Origin: Labilithrix sp.
GTDB taxonomy: Bacteria > Myxococcota_A > Polyangia > Polyangiales > Polyangiaceae
Reading direction: 5' to 3'
DNA: 64,000 nucleotides
Assembly: GCA_044226145.1 (NCBI GenBank)
Contig: JBGAHN010000003.1
Span: 22,536 to 86,535, forward strand
Part shown: piece after piece, positions 9,501-17,776 of the stretch
How the letters are laid out: each line of letters opens with the position of its first letter
Position numbering within the stretch: position 1 is the stretch's first letter
Translations under genes and position numbers: made by a program
Notes under the pieces: generated by a model
What the model was told of the DNA's origin: nothing
What the model saw: the letters and a program-made list of their open reading frames with translations, nothing else
Database searches by the model: none

Positions 9501-10318
9501 CAGCCGAGCCAGCGGCGCGCGCGATCGCTCAGGCCATGGAGCGTCGACTCCGCCTTCGGCGAGAGACGCCGAACGAAGCTCCACCACGTGTCGAGCGATT
9601 CGAGATCGGCGCTCGAGAAATTCGTCCAGACCTCTTCGGCCACTCCGCTCAGCCAACGGAGCTTGTCGGCTTCGCCGAGCGCGGGATCGAGCACGTACGT
9701 CTCGGTTTCGTTCGCGCCTTGATCGGCCATCGAAGCTTCGATGGCGGCCGCCGGGTCGTCCGTGACGAGCACGAAGAGCGACGAGCTCGTCGGGCCCGAC
9801 ATGCGACGCGCCAGCTCGTCGACCACGGCTCCGTCCCAAGTCTCGGCTTTGGGGAGCGTGAGGAGGACGTGCGCGCCACGCTCGACGATCGCGCGCGCCA
9901 ACGTCTCCGCGCACGCCGACGCGTCGCTCGGGACCTCGACGCCGAGCTGCATGGCGAGCTCGCACGAAACCGGCACGTGAACCCCGCCCCGCGACGCGTC
10001 GAGCGCCGTGAGCACGTTCGCTCGGTTCGCGCGCAACCGCCGCGCGAGGTGCGCGATCAGCGCGACGTGCGAGCTTCGCGGGGCGGACACGACGACCACT
10101 CCCGGAACCAAGGGGAACGTCGCGACGCGGTCGTCCAAATCGACGAACCCACGCCCGCGGCGCGCATCACGTGCGCCCGGAAGCGAAACGACGTTGTGGA
10201 TGGGGAGCGAGAAAGCCAACGGGCGAAACCTAGCCGATGGGAGATCCGGTTCAAGGACGGAAGAGCCTCTCTTACGTCTCCAAAGGTGGGTTCTGTGGGG
10301 GAACGTGCTTCGGTGCAA
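6581..10318 (-). CDS. Sigma54-dependent enhancer-binding protein with N-terminal degenerate NTPase-like region and TPR-like repeats
   Basis: GESGTGKE, SELFGHEKGAFTGA, TLFLDEIGD, RWPGNVRELEN, C-terminal Fis-type HTH (GNITRAASLLGMKRPRL); long helical TPR-like middle; true start uncertain (possibly ~10150). Confidence 0.9.
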   Translation of the reverse strand: MHRSTFPHRTHLWRRKRGSSVLEPDLPSARFRPLAFSLPIHNVVSLPGARDARRGRGFVDLDDRVATFPLVPGVVVVSAPRSSHVALIAHLARRLRANRANVLTALDASRGGVHVPVSCELAMQLGVEVPSDASACAETLARAIVERGAHVLLTLPKAETWDGAVVDELARRMSGPTSSSLFVLVTDDPAAAIEASMADQGANETETYVLDPALGEADKLRWLSGVAEEVWTNFSSADLESLDTWWSFVRRLSPKAESTLHGLSDRARRWLGCLVLAGRSLPLSVIAANDAIDELVASGAVVRNESLVTVLPWVSKVQGELDLQDLQVEAAHLLAGPGTTPDPWAYARAAELLVGAGRIDDADVAMDKALRAASDPKAAREIGRTWLDALETVRGEAGLALRVRAAERALAIGEAREAQRWCESAAAIDAAEPTVSLLMGRALAALGDIVAARISLNKALSLTQDAELRAKTFAELAEVDYLAGQLADATACAERAMASTKSAHTKLAVRNTIGKVLLAEGRWDEADASFAEDALDASAAGERSSELRARVNRGIALLSKGALDDARAILELVREDGERWGIDQAVAHAHLNLGVIAFSQRDYGGALAHWEATVRYPHSVLGPRLALTSITNLADVRLFLGLIAHAEHGVAFGRRLLSSGVATKSIPTLSANFKRVAAQIALARGNSELARREIEAALIDAEVSRDFQTIEVIRAVSVRIALEEGDVRGAEAMLAHASKTVKSARAKAEFAILAAHHLRAVGKPAFDAARDACALVHEAKEVDLLAEIYLLLSTISRDQGNVLDAQAQIGRATALRDQIAATLPPDVRAAYLAKADVVAISRLSTSLADCELKSEDEIAPLSRMPVSNDTGMARELVGDDPSIRALNTAIRKVARSNATVLVRGESGTGKELVAEALHRASDRATGPLVSVNCAALVETLLLSELFGHEKGAFTGASARRRGRFELAEGGTLFLDEIGDISPRTQVALLRVLQEKTFERVGGTQSIRANVRIICATHRDLRAMVERGEFREDLYYRLRGITLEVPALRARIGDLPKIAEHLLARIAAERDESPKTLARDAVDLLSRHRWPGNVRELENVLRAVSLFAEGSEIRMGDLIDNVDDLRELAQSGPASQPPPSLSIRGSLLPPPPASLSGEVFGDDDVSGVLPEEESGVTSAAYSCVRQGTVSLSDMKRQIERDCIARALSETQGNITRAASLLGMKRPRLSQLVKQYGLSAYSSEGSS

Positions 10319-10407
10319 GTAAGGCGCTTTTTACGCTTTCATATCGAGGGCCTAGGAACCATGACCCGAATCGGGAAACGCGCAAGGTATCCCTTTCGAT
10401 AGCGTCC

Positions 10408-11340
10408 TCAGGGCCGCACCGGCGACTTCTTGCGCACCGCCGACTTCTTGCGCGCCGCCGACGCCGAGCGCGCCACCGGCTTCTTTCGCGGCTTCGTCGC
10501 ATGGGCCTTGGTCGGATCGAGCCACGCCTTCGCGCGGACGAGGACGTGCTCGATGCCGTCGAAGTCCTTCGGGGGCGCTTCGCCGAGGGCGCGCGCGATG
10601 GGGAGCTGCGCCCACGTGCTCGCGAGGTAGATCGGCAGGAGCTCCGGGAAGCGCTCGCGCAGCAAATCGATTTGCCGCCCGATGCCCGCCGCGTCGCCGC
10701 GTCGAACGGGGCCCGTCAGCGCGTCCGGGAAGCCGAGCGCCTCGACGTTGTCGGCCACGCTTCGCAGGAGCGGACCGAGGAGCTTGGGCGCGTCGGACGC
10801 CGGCACGCCCGAGGCTTCGAGCAGCTTCGCGCCCATCGCGGAGAGAGCGGCCGCGCCGTTCGCGACGATGCCGGCCGCGGCGTGGTAGCCGACGGTGTCG
10901 AGCCCCGGGAACGTGCGGGGGCTCATCCCGAGCTTCTTGGCGAGGCGACGCGCGCGGGTGACGGCGGCCGCGTCGCCTTGCACGTGCACGTTGCCGCGTG
11001 TGAGCGTCGGGAACGACGTCCGCGACGCGAAGGAGATCATCGGGTGCATCTGCGCGACGCCGGCCGTCACGGGCGCGAGCGCGCGCAAGACGTCGGCGGA
11101 ACGCGCGCCGGCGTTGTGGACGACGACGGCCTTCTTCTTGACGATGCCCGAGGACGCGAGCTCCTCGGCGAGCGGCTCGAGCGCGCGATCACGGACCGCG
11201 AGGACGACGACGTCGGCGTCGATGGGCTTCTTGGGGAGGCCCTTGCGCGCGGGGCGCAGCGTCACGCGCACGCCACGTTCTTCGAGCGCATGCGCGAGCG
11301 CGCGCCCCACCTTGCCGGCACCGAAGACGAAGACCTTCAT
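10408..11340 (-). CDS. Rossmann-like + DUF2520 domain oxidoreductase
   Basis: MKVFVFGAGKVG, QMHPMISF, YHAAAGIVAN, ALTGPVRRGD; basic C-terminal tail. Confidence 0.85.
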   Translation of the reverse strand: MKVFVFGAGKVGRALAHALEERGVRVTLRPARKGLPKKPIDADVVVLAVRDRALEPLAEELASSGIVKKKAVVVHNAGARSADVLRALAPVTAGVAQMHPMISFASRTSFPTLTRGNVHVQGDAAAVTRARRLAKKLGMSPRTFPGLDTVGYHAAAGIVANGAAALSAMGAKLLEASGVPASDAPKLLGPLLRSVADNVEALGFPDALTGPVRRGDAAGIGRQIDLLRERFPELLPIYLASTWAQLPIARALGEAPPKDFDGIEHVLVRAKAWLDPTKAHATKPRKKPVARSASAARKKSAVRKKSPVRP

Positions 11341-11372
11341 GCGATCTTCTCTCTTCGCGACGGCTCCGCGCG

Positions 11373-11996
11373 TCAAGGACGGGCGTACAGGCGGTGCGCA
11401 CGGACGAACGCGAGCACCTCGCGCGGCACGAAGTCTTCGAGGTCCGACCAGCGCTCCGCCGCGATCATGGCGCGCACTTCGGTGCTGGAAATCGCGGGGA
11501 GGACGGCGGGCGGCGCGCCTTCGTACGCCACGCCGACGCGACCGAGCACGATCGGCGGCGCGAGCTGGGCGATGCGATCGAACCCGAACCACTTCGACGA
11601 CTCGACGACGAGATCGGCGCCCATGACGAAGCGCATCGACCACGAAGGGTGCTGGGCGTGCAGGTGCTCGAGCGTGCGGAGCGTGCGGCTCTCGCCCCCG
11701 AGCTCCTCCTCGACGCGCGAGATCGAAACGCGCGGGAGGAAGCCCATGGCCTTCTCGCACATGGCGACGCGGTCTTCGTAGGGGGCGAGCTCCTTGGCGA
11801 ACGGGTGGCGGAACGTCGGCACCACCAGGACGCGCGCGACGTCGAAGCGCGCCAGCACGACGGCGACGGCGAGCACGTGGGCGAGGTGCGGAGGGTTGAA
11901 GCTCCCGCCGAAGATCGCCGTGATCGGCCCTTCGTTCGCCGTCGAGGACGACGCGTCAGCGACGGCGGGCGACGCCTTGTCCCGTGCGTGGCTCAC
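11373..11996 (-). CDS. nadD: Nicotinate-nucleotide adenylyltransferase
   Basis: IFGGSFNPPHLAH (HxxH), FVMGAD, ISSTEVR; GTG start overlaps upstream TGA (GTGA). Confidence 0.92.
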   Translation of the reverse strand: MSHARDKASPAVADASSSTANEGPITAIFGGSFNPPHLAHVLAVAVVLARFDVARVLVVPTFRHPFAKELAPYEDRVAMCEKAMGFLPRVSISRVEEELGGESRTLRTLEHLHAQHPSWSMRFVMGADLVVESSKWFGFDRIAQLAPPIVLGRVGVAYEGAPPAVLPAISSTEVRAMIAAERWSDLEDFVPREVLAFVRAHRLYARP

Positions 11997-12619
11997 GACT
12001 CGTCCTGGGGAGGTTCTTTGGATTCGCCGACGCGTGCGACGACTTCCTTCTGCGTGAGCGTGCCGTCGACGTCGTGGATCGCGACCGTGACGTCGCCGTG
12101 GGCGTCTTCGACGACGGCGACCCCGCCGCCCTCGGACTGCATCGTCCCGGGGGACACGAACCAACGCGCGCCGACGCGACGGACGACGGGCTGATCGCTG
12201 CGGCCGAAGAAGAGGAGGTGCGCGGCGAGAATGTCTTCCTCCTCGAGCTGCGCCCTGTCGTCGATCAAGACCGCGACGAAATCGCCGATGGTCTCGATCG
12301 TGCGCCCGCGCTCCTCGGGGAGGGCTTCGAGGGCCTTGAGTCGCAACCGCGCGCGCTCGCGCGCGACGAAGCGATCGATGTCGGCCGCCGATCCCACCGG
12401 GGCGAGCTCGGCCGCGCGGCGCCACGCGCCATCATCGCTCGGATCGTCGCCGACGAGCTTCTTGGCCCACGCGGCGACGACCTGGTCGAGCGCGCCGTCC
12501 TGCCCGAGGTAGATCGCGCGGTCCACGCGGGCCCGGTTCAAGAGGAACTCGGCGGCGCGACCGAGGGCGGCGACGTCCCCGTTCGATGGGCCGAGAAGTC
12601 CGAGGCGCATGGGAGTCAT
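11993..12619 (-). CDS. Hypothetical protein, metallophosphoesterase-like fold without metal ligands
   Basis: MRLGLLGPSNGDVAAL...VDRAIYLGQD...LLFFGRSDQP...WFVSPG follows the small calcineurin-like phosphoesterase pattern; coding-like GC3; start 12619 or 12610. Confidence 0.65.
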   Translation of the reverse strand: MTPMRLGLLGPSNGDVAALGRAAEFLLNRARVDRAIYLGQDGALDQVVAAWAKKLVGDDPSDDGAWRRAAELAPVGSAADIDRFVARERARLRLKALEALPEERGRTIETIGDFVAVLIDDRAQLEEEDILAAHLLFFGRSDQPVVRRVGARWFVSPGTMQSEGGGVAVVEDAHGDVTVAIHDVDGTLTQKEVVARVGESKEPPQDES

Positions 12620-12736
12620 CGAAAATAGTGCCACGGCGCGCGCGAGGAAAGGCCGTCCCGCGGAAAAAATCGGCCGAAGACGGCGGGTCGCGCGCGCCTT
12701 TGTCCTCCGTTTCTCTCTAAGATGCGGGCGGCATCG

Positions 12737-14038
12737 ATGGTCTCGCCTTATCGAACCGCGCCGATTCGTCGCCCCGTCACGGTCACGCTCGACGGAAAGC
12801 CCCTCGTCGCCGAAGAAGGCGAGCCGCTCGCCGCGGCGTTCATCGCCGAGGGCAAGTTGACGCTCGCGCGGAGCCCCAAGTTCCATAGGCCGCGCGGGCC
12901 GTCGTGCTTCCGGGGCGCGTGCGACGGGTGCCTCGCGCGCGTCGACGGGGTGCCGAACGTCCTGACGTGCATGGTCCCGGCCGAGGACGGCATGACCGTC
13001 ACGACGCAGAACCGCGTGGGTTTCCGCGAGGCGGATTTGCTTCGTGTCACGGACTGGTTCTTCCCCGAAGGGATGAACCACCACGAGCTCTTCGCGGGCG
13101 TGTTCGGCGTGCAAGCGCTCATGCAGACGTTCGCGAGGCGCGTCGCCGGGCTCGGCAAGCTGCCGGAGCACGCGCTCGCTCCGCGCGAGGCGCGCCGGAG
13201 GCACACGGACGTGCTCGTCGTCGGGAGCGGCCCTTCGGGCATGGCGATCGCCTCGCGCATGGCCCGCGCAGGACGTCGCGTCGAGGTCGTCGAAGATCAG
13301 CCCGTCTTCGGAGGAGGCCTCCGCGCGCTCGACGGCGAAGCGCTTCGCCCGTTCGCCGAAGGCATGCGCGCCTTCGAGAAAGACGTGGAGCGCGGCGCAG
13401 TGCGCCTTCGGACGCGGACGGTGGCCGGAGGGCTCTACGATCGCGACTTGCTCGTCGTGTCGGAAGAGGGCGCCGAGATCCTGACGGCCGACGCCTTGGT
13501 GCTCGCGTCCGGCGCGCACGACGGCGTGCTCGCGTTCGAAGGCAACGACTTGCCCGGCGTCGTCAGCGCGCGCGCGGCGGGGTTCCTCTTGGGGCGAAAC
13601 GTGCTCGTCGGGCAGCGACCGGCCATCGTGGTGTCGAACGGCGGCGGCCCATTCGGTGCATCTTACATGCAAAAATTCCAGCGGCTGGCCGACGTCGAAG
13701 AAGGGCGCGACTGGCACGCCGAGATCGTCATGGGTGAGCCCGTCCGCGTCGAGGGCTCGAACCGCGTCTCTTCCGTCGTCGTCCGGACCGAGCACGGTGA
13801 ACGCGAGATCGTCGCCGACGCCGTGCTCGTCGACGCGCCCCGCGCACCGGCCCACGAGCTCGCGACCCAGGCCGGCGCCGATCTCGTCCACGAGCCGCGT
13901 GGGTTCGTGGTCCGCACGAAAGAGGGGCGCGTCGGCGACGGCGTCTACGCGCTCGGGGAGTTGTGCGGGACGTTGCTCGACGCCGCCGCGATCGACGCCG
14001 AGGCCGACCGCGTCGCACGGACCATCCTGGGTTCCTGA
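12737..14038 (+). CDS. 2Fe-2S + FAD/NAD(P)-binding oxidoreductase (sarcosine oxidase alpha N-terminal / opine oxidase-like)
   Basis: TVTLDGKPLVAEEGEPLAAA, PSCFRGACDGC..RVDGVPNVLTC (2Fe-2S), DVLVVGSGPSG, GNDLPGVV; start 12722 or 12737. Confidence 0.85.
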   Translation: MVSPYRTAPIRRPVTVTLDGKPLVAEEGEPLAAAFIAEGKLTLARSPKFHRPRGPSCFRGACDGCLARVDGVPNVLTCMVPAEDGMTVTTQNRVGFREADLLRVTDWFFPEGMNHHELFAGVFGVQALMQTFARRVAGLGKLPEHALAPREARRRHTDVLVVGSGPSGMAIASRMARAGRRVEVVEDQPVFGGGLRALDGEALRPFAEGMRAFEKDVERGAVRLRTRTVAGGLYDRDLLVVSEEGAEILTADALVLASGAHDGVLAFEGNDLPGVVSARAAGFLLGRNVLVGQRPAIVVSNGGGPFGASYMQKFQRLADVEEGRDWHAEIVMGEPVRVEGSNRVSSVVVRTEHGEREIVADAVLVDAPRAPAHELATQAGADLVHEPRGFVVRTKEGRVGDGVYALGELCGTLLDAAAIDAEADRVARTILGS

Positions 14039-14132
14039 TCGAACTTCGCGACGACCCGCGAACGCCTCCGGCGAAACGAGCGCCGCGCGCGACCCGTTTC
14101 GATCGACCGAACGTCCGTCGTCCGACCGAACG

Positions 14133-14918
14133 TCAATCGTCGACGAGCGGCCCGAAGAGGCCGACGCCGAGCACGAGAGCGACGCACGCCGCCATTCCCA
14201 TCATGCCGAGGAACCCCGAATAGGACTCGAACGGCAGCGCCTCGAAGGCCTTGCGCGTCCCCACGGCGCCGCAGAGGAGGACCGGCGAGAGCAGCGGGAA
14301 GAGCACGATCGCGAGCACCAGATCGCGCGCGCGCGTCCGCACGGTCATGACGCCGAAGAGCGTGCCGACGAGCGACAGCGCGAGCGTGCCGGCGAGCAGG
14401 AGCACGACGAACGCGAGCACGTGGACGGAGGCGCCTTCGGTCGCTCGGCCGGCCGCTTCGAACGCGGCGATGCTGCGCGCCGATCCGACCTCGAAGTCGA
14501 CGTGGAACAGGAACATGCAGAGCAGGACGAGCGGGACCTCGACGGCCGTGATGGTGACGAACGCCGCGAGCGCCTTGCCGAGGAAGATGGCCGGCCGCGG
14601 GATCGGCGAAACGAGGAGCCCGGTGAGCGCGGATTCGTCGCGCTCGCGCTGCCAGATGCGCCCGAACGAGAGCACCGACGCGAACAGGATCGTGATCCAG
14701 ATCGTGCCGGCCGCCGTCGAGGGGTTCGTCGCTTCGTCGACGTAGAACGCCATGCTCGCGAGCACGGCGACGACGAGCGCGAAGACCCCGGCGGTGGCGA
14801 GGATCTCGCGCGTCCGGAGCTCGATGCGGACGTCCTTGCGGAAGATCTCCCACGTCGCGGCGAGGAGCGTCGGTCGCTCGGCGGCGCTCGGACGAACCTC
14901 TCTCGAGACGGCGGTCAC
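14133..14918 (-). CDS. ccmB: Heme exporter protein B
   Basis: IFRKDVRIELRTRE, IWITILFASVLSFGR, ERDESALTGLLVSP, IFLGK, VLFPLLSPVLL; six TM segments. Confidence 0.88.
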   Translation of the reverse strand: MTAVSREVRPSAAERPTLLAATWEIFRKDVRIELRTREILATAGVFALVVAVLASMAFYVDEATNPSTAAGTIWITILFASVLSFGRIWQRERDESALTGLLVSPIPRPAIFLGKALAAFVTITAVEVPLVLLCMFLFHVDFEVGSARSIAAFEAAGRATEGASVHVLAFVVLLLAGTLALSLVGTLFGVMTVRTRARDLVLAIVLFPLLSPVLLCGAVGTRKAFEALPFESYSGFLGMMGMAACVALVLGVGLFGPLVDD

Positions 14919-14931
14919 GAACCCCGTCGTA

Positions 14932-15441
14932 TCAGAGATGGTGCTCTTTGATGAACGCGTTCATGAACGACACGCCGCGGTCGTACGACGAACGGAGCTG
15001 CGTCACGAGCCGCTCCTCGATCATCGAGCCGACCATCAGGATCTTCACCTCCGCCGAGATGCGGCAGTGGCGGACGATCTTCTTGTCGCCCACCGTCTCC
15101 GTGTGGACGTTGCCGACGATGCGGGCTTTCTCCGCCATGACGCTCGGGACGATGCGGAACGAGTACCGCCACGCCTTCTTGTCGAGCGTCCCCTCTTCCG
15201 TGTAGCCGAAGCGGTCGCCGGCGAGCTTCTTGAGCGGCGCCGGCAAATCCCCGAGCGGCGGCTCGATGCTCACGCGGCGCGTGGCTTTGTCGGCGTCGTC
15301 TTGCAACTCCACGAGCTTCCACTGCGGGAAGCCGAGGTGCTCCATGTACATCTTCCGATTGAAGTCAGCGTCGAAGACGAGCTTCGTCCAGTACGTGACT
15401 TCGTCGGTGTCGATCTCGTGGCGGAGCGTGACTTCGGGCAT
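14932..15441 (-). CDS. DUF2505-like (SRPBCC/START-fold) protein
   Basis: 169-aa ORF in operon context; pattern resembles DUF2505. Confidence 0.6.
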   Translation of the reverse strand: MPEVTLRHEIDTDEVTYWTKLVFDADFNRKMYMEHLGFPQWKLVELQDDADKATRRVSIEPPLGDLPAPLKKLAGDRFGYTEEGTLDKKAWRYSFRIVPSVMAEKARIVGNVHTETVGDKKIVRHCRISAEVKILMVGSMIEERLVTQLRSSYDRGVSFMNAFIKEHHL

Positions 15442-15450
15442 GGGACGCGC

Positions 15451-16083
15451 TCAGAAGACGAACACGCCGAGCGCCACGACCGTCGACCACAGGCCCTTGG
15501 CGTGGCCCTCGGCGCTCTGGACGACGTTGCGCGTCTTGAGGATGGTCTTCTCCATCTTGAACGCCTGCTCGCGCTCGTTCCACGCCTTCTCGGGATCGAA
15601 GTCGATGCCGAGCGTCGTCGCGAGCATCGTCGCCGCGAGATCTTCGGCGTACTCGCCGGCCTTCTTCGCGGTCTCGCCGTAGCTGTGGTGCTCGGAGAGG
15701 TAGCCATATTGGTTCGGGTCGGACGGACGCGCGAGCCCGATCGACGCCGCGATGAGGCGGTTCGGCTCGTTCGTGTCTTGGCGCGCCATCACGCAATGGA
15801 CGATCTGTCCCGGCATGATGTAGCGCTGGCCGTCCTTGCGGCTGATCTCGCGGCAGTGCGGCGGGAAGATCGAGCTCACGGTCACGAGGTTCGCCTTCTC
15901 GATGCCGGCGTCGCGCAGCGCGAGCTCGAACGACGAGAGGCGATCCTTGTGAACGCCGACGCCGTTCGTGAAGAAGATCGCCTTCGGCACCAACATCTCG
16001 CTCATGACCGGGAAGCCACTGGCGCCGATGCGGATGTTCGATTCGGTCGTCTTCTTGGGTGCGGGAACGTTCTTCTTGGCCAT
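15451..16083 (-). CDS. pdaD: Pyruvoyl-dependent arginine decarboxylase
   Basis: [35 protein letters not shown] (Ser-Ser self-cleavage site), YGYLSEHH; SD GAGG before ATG 16083. Confidence 0.88.
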   Translation of the reverse strand: MAKKNVPAPKKTTESNIRIGASGFPVMSEMLVPKAIFFTNGVGVHKDRLSSFELALRDAGIEKANLVTVSSIFPPHCREISRKDGQRYIMPGQIVHCVMARQDTNEPNRLIAASIGLARPSDPNQYGYLSEHHSYGETAKKAGEYAEDLAATMLATTLGIDFDPEKAWNEREQAFKMEKTILKTRNVVQSAEGHAKGLWSTVVALGVFVF

Positions 16084-16184
16084 GGAGTTCCTCGGTCGCA
16101 ACGGCGCCCACGCGTGCATGCGCATACGTGGGCGCTGGGGCTACGTCGATGACGCGATTCGATGCGAAGAGCGCGGGGGGCTCT

Positions 16185-16610
16185 TCAGCCTTTCTTCTTG
16201 GCGGCCTTGGCGGCGACAGGCTTGGCAGCGACCTTCTTCGCCGCCGGCTTCGGCGCGGCCTTCTTCGCGGCGGGCTTCTTCGGCGCGTGGCGCTTCTCGC
16301 TGGACGTGTAGAGGTCCCAGAGGCGCGGAACCGGGTACGCCGCGAGGCGCGTGCGATAGCCCGCATCCTTGCGGTTTTCGAGCTTGAGGATCGCGTCGAT
16401 GAGCTTGTCGCGCGTGCCGAACTTCTCCTTCACGGCGGCGAAGGTCGCGTGGAGCTTGAGGAGCTTCGCGTTCGAGACGTGCGCGAGGCCCTTGTCGGCG
16501 TTCGTGCGCGAGACCCAGAGGCCGTCGTCCTTGGTGAAGGTCTCGAGCTGGGCGACGAGCTTGGCCTTGTCACCGAACTTCTCTTTGACGGTCGCGAGCG
16601 GGCTTTTCAT
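16185..16610 (-). CDS. Basic protein with Lys/Ala/Pro-rich histone-H1-like C-terminal tail
   Basis: SD AGGAG before ATG 16610; ends HAPKKPAAKKAAPKPAAKKVAAKPVAAKAAKKKG. Confidence 0.8.
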   Translation of the reverse strand: MKSPLATVKEKFGDKAKLVAQLETFTKDDGLWVSRTNADKGLAHVSNAKLLKLHATFAAVKEKFGTRDKLIDAILKLENRKDAGYRTRLAAYPVPRLWDLYTSSEKRHAPKKPAAKKAAPKPAAKKVAAKPVAAKAAKKKG

Positions 16611-16662
16611 GAGGATCTCCTGAGGGGTGCGCGAGATGACTCGCGCGGCAAAAAGGGCCTGC

Positions 16663-16691
16663 CGATTACCAGACCCCCGGCCGACCGGCAA
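16663..16691 (-). promoter_or_regulatory. Putative sigma70 promoter (TTGCCG-17-TAATCG, extended TG) for the histone-like gene
   Basis: Correct spacing, TGn extension, ~50 nt upstream of ATG; 7-bp hairpin in the leader at 16629-16646. Confidence 0.4.
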
Positions 16692-16870
16692 GCCCAGGAC
16701 CACCAGGAAGCGAGCAGCGGCTCGGCGAAGTGGATGGCCGGGGCAAGCGCCGCCATGGCCAAGTCCAGAGGTCATGGATGTGTTAAAGGAGGGGCGCGTC
16801 GTCCTTCGGCGCTCCGGCTCGGCGTTCGGGCACCCCGGAGGCCGAATCGGCACGGCTGACGGGAGGCCCT

Positions 16871-17776
16871 ATGTCCTCGATTTCATTGAATGATACCCGT
16901 TACCAGCGCTCCCTGCGGGCCTGTGCGCGCCACGCGTTCGTCGTCGCGTTCGCAGCGGGGTTCGGGTGTGGTGGGGGTGCCTTCGCCGAGGCCCCGAAGC
17001 ACTCCGCGTCGCATGGCCAGCGTGGGTACGACGAGCCGGCCACCGCCGAGGTCCAAGCCGAGTCGACCTCCGATCGAGACGAGGGGTACGGCTACGCATT
17101 CAACGATGCCCCTCGGGCCCCCGCCGACATGGCGGTGACGGGCAACGCGCTCGGTGCGCCGCCGCCCCCGCCACCACCACCGTCAACGCCAGCAAACCCC
17201 ACGACGCCGACGTCGACGGACGACAAGGGGCGCGACGGCGCGCAGATCGTCTACACCGCGAACCTGTCGATCGCCGTCTATCAGGTCGACCAAGGGCTCG
17301 CGCGGGTCGAGGCCATCGCACGCGAGGTCGGCGGTTATCTCACGCTCAAGCGCACCCGCGACATCACGATCCGCGTGCCGCGCGCGAAGTTCGAACAGGC
17401 GCTGGCGGCCGTCGACGGCGTCGGTGACGTGCTCTCGCGCAACGTGCAAGCGGAGGACGTGACCGACGAGTACGTCGATCTCGAGATCCGCATCAAGAAC
17501 GCCCGCGCGATGCAGGCCCGCTTGCAGCAGCTCCTGCAGCGCGCCGAGGTGAAGGACGCCCTCGAAATCGAAAAGGAGCTCCATCGCGTGACCGAGGAGC
17601 TCGAACGGCTCGAAGGCAAGCTCAAGCTCCTCCGCGATCGGGTCGCCTACTCGACGATCACCGTGAGTTTCCAAGCGCGCGGAGCCGGCGTCCAAGCCAC
17701 GCGCGTGCGCCTCCCCTTCCCGTGGCTGTCGGAGCTGGGTCTGCCGAACCTCTTGTCGCTCGAGGAGTCGAAATGA
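16871..17776 (+). CDS. DUF4349 domain protein
   Basis: SD GGAGG; IVYTANLSIAV, ITIRVPRAKFE, EDVTDEYVDLEIRI, DALEIEKELHRVTEELERLEG, RVAYSTITV. Confidence 0.88.
   Translation: MSSISLNDTRYQRSLRACARHAFVVAFAAGFGCGGGAFAEAPKHSASHGQRGYDEPATAEVQAESTSDRDEGYGYAFNDAPRAPADMAVTGNALGAPPPPPPPPSTPANPTTPTSTDDKGRDGAQIVYTANLSIAVYQVDQGLARVEAIAREVGGYLTLKRTRDITIRVPRAKFEQALAAVDGVGDVLSRNVQAEDVTDEYVDLEIRIKNARAMQARLQQLLQRAEVKDALEIEKELHRVTEELERLEGKLKLLRDRVAYSTITVSFQARGAGVQATRVRLPFPWLSELGLPNLLSLEESK

Noticed and set aside
10057-10254. 65-aa minus-strand ORF with an SD-like AGAGG upstream, overlapping the activator's 5' region (possible frameshifted true start)
   Set aside because: The sequence is not protein-like and the long activator frame is open through this region; there is no evidence of a frameshift
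12618-12633. TGGCAC-like sigma54 -24 element on the minus strand
   Set aside because: The -12 position reads GA rather than GC, and the implied start site falls beyond both candidate ATGs
16845-16862. CGGCACG upstream of the DUF4349 gene as a sigma54 promoter
   Set aside because: No TTGC at the required spacing
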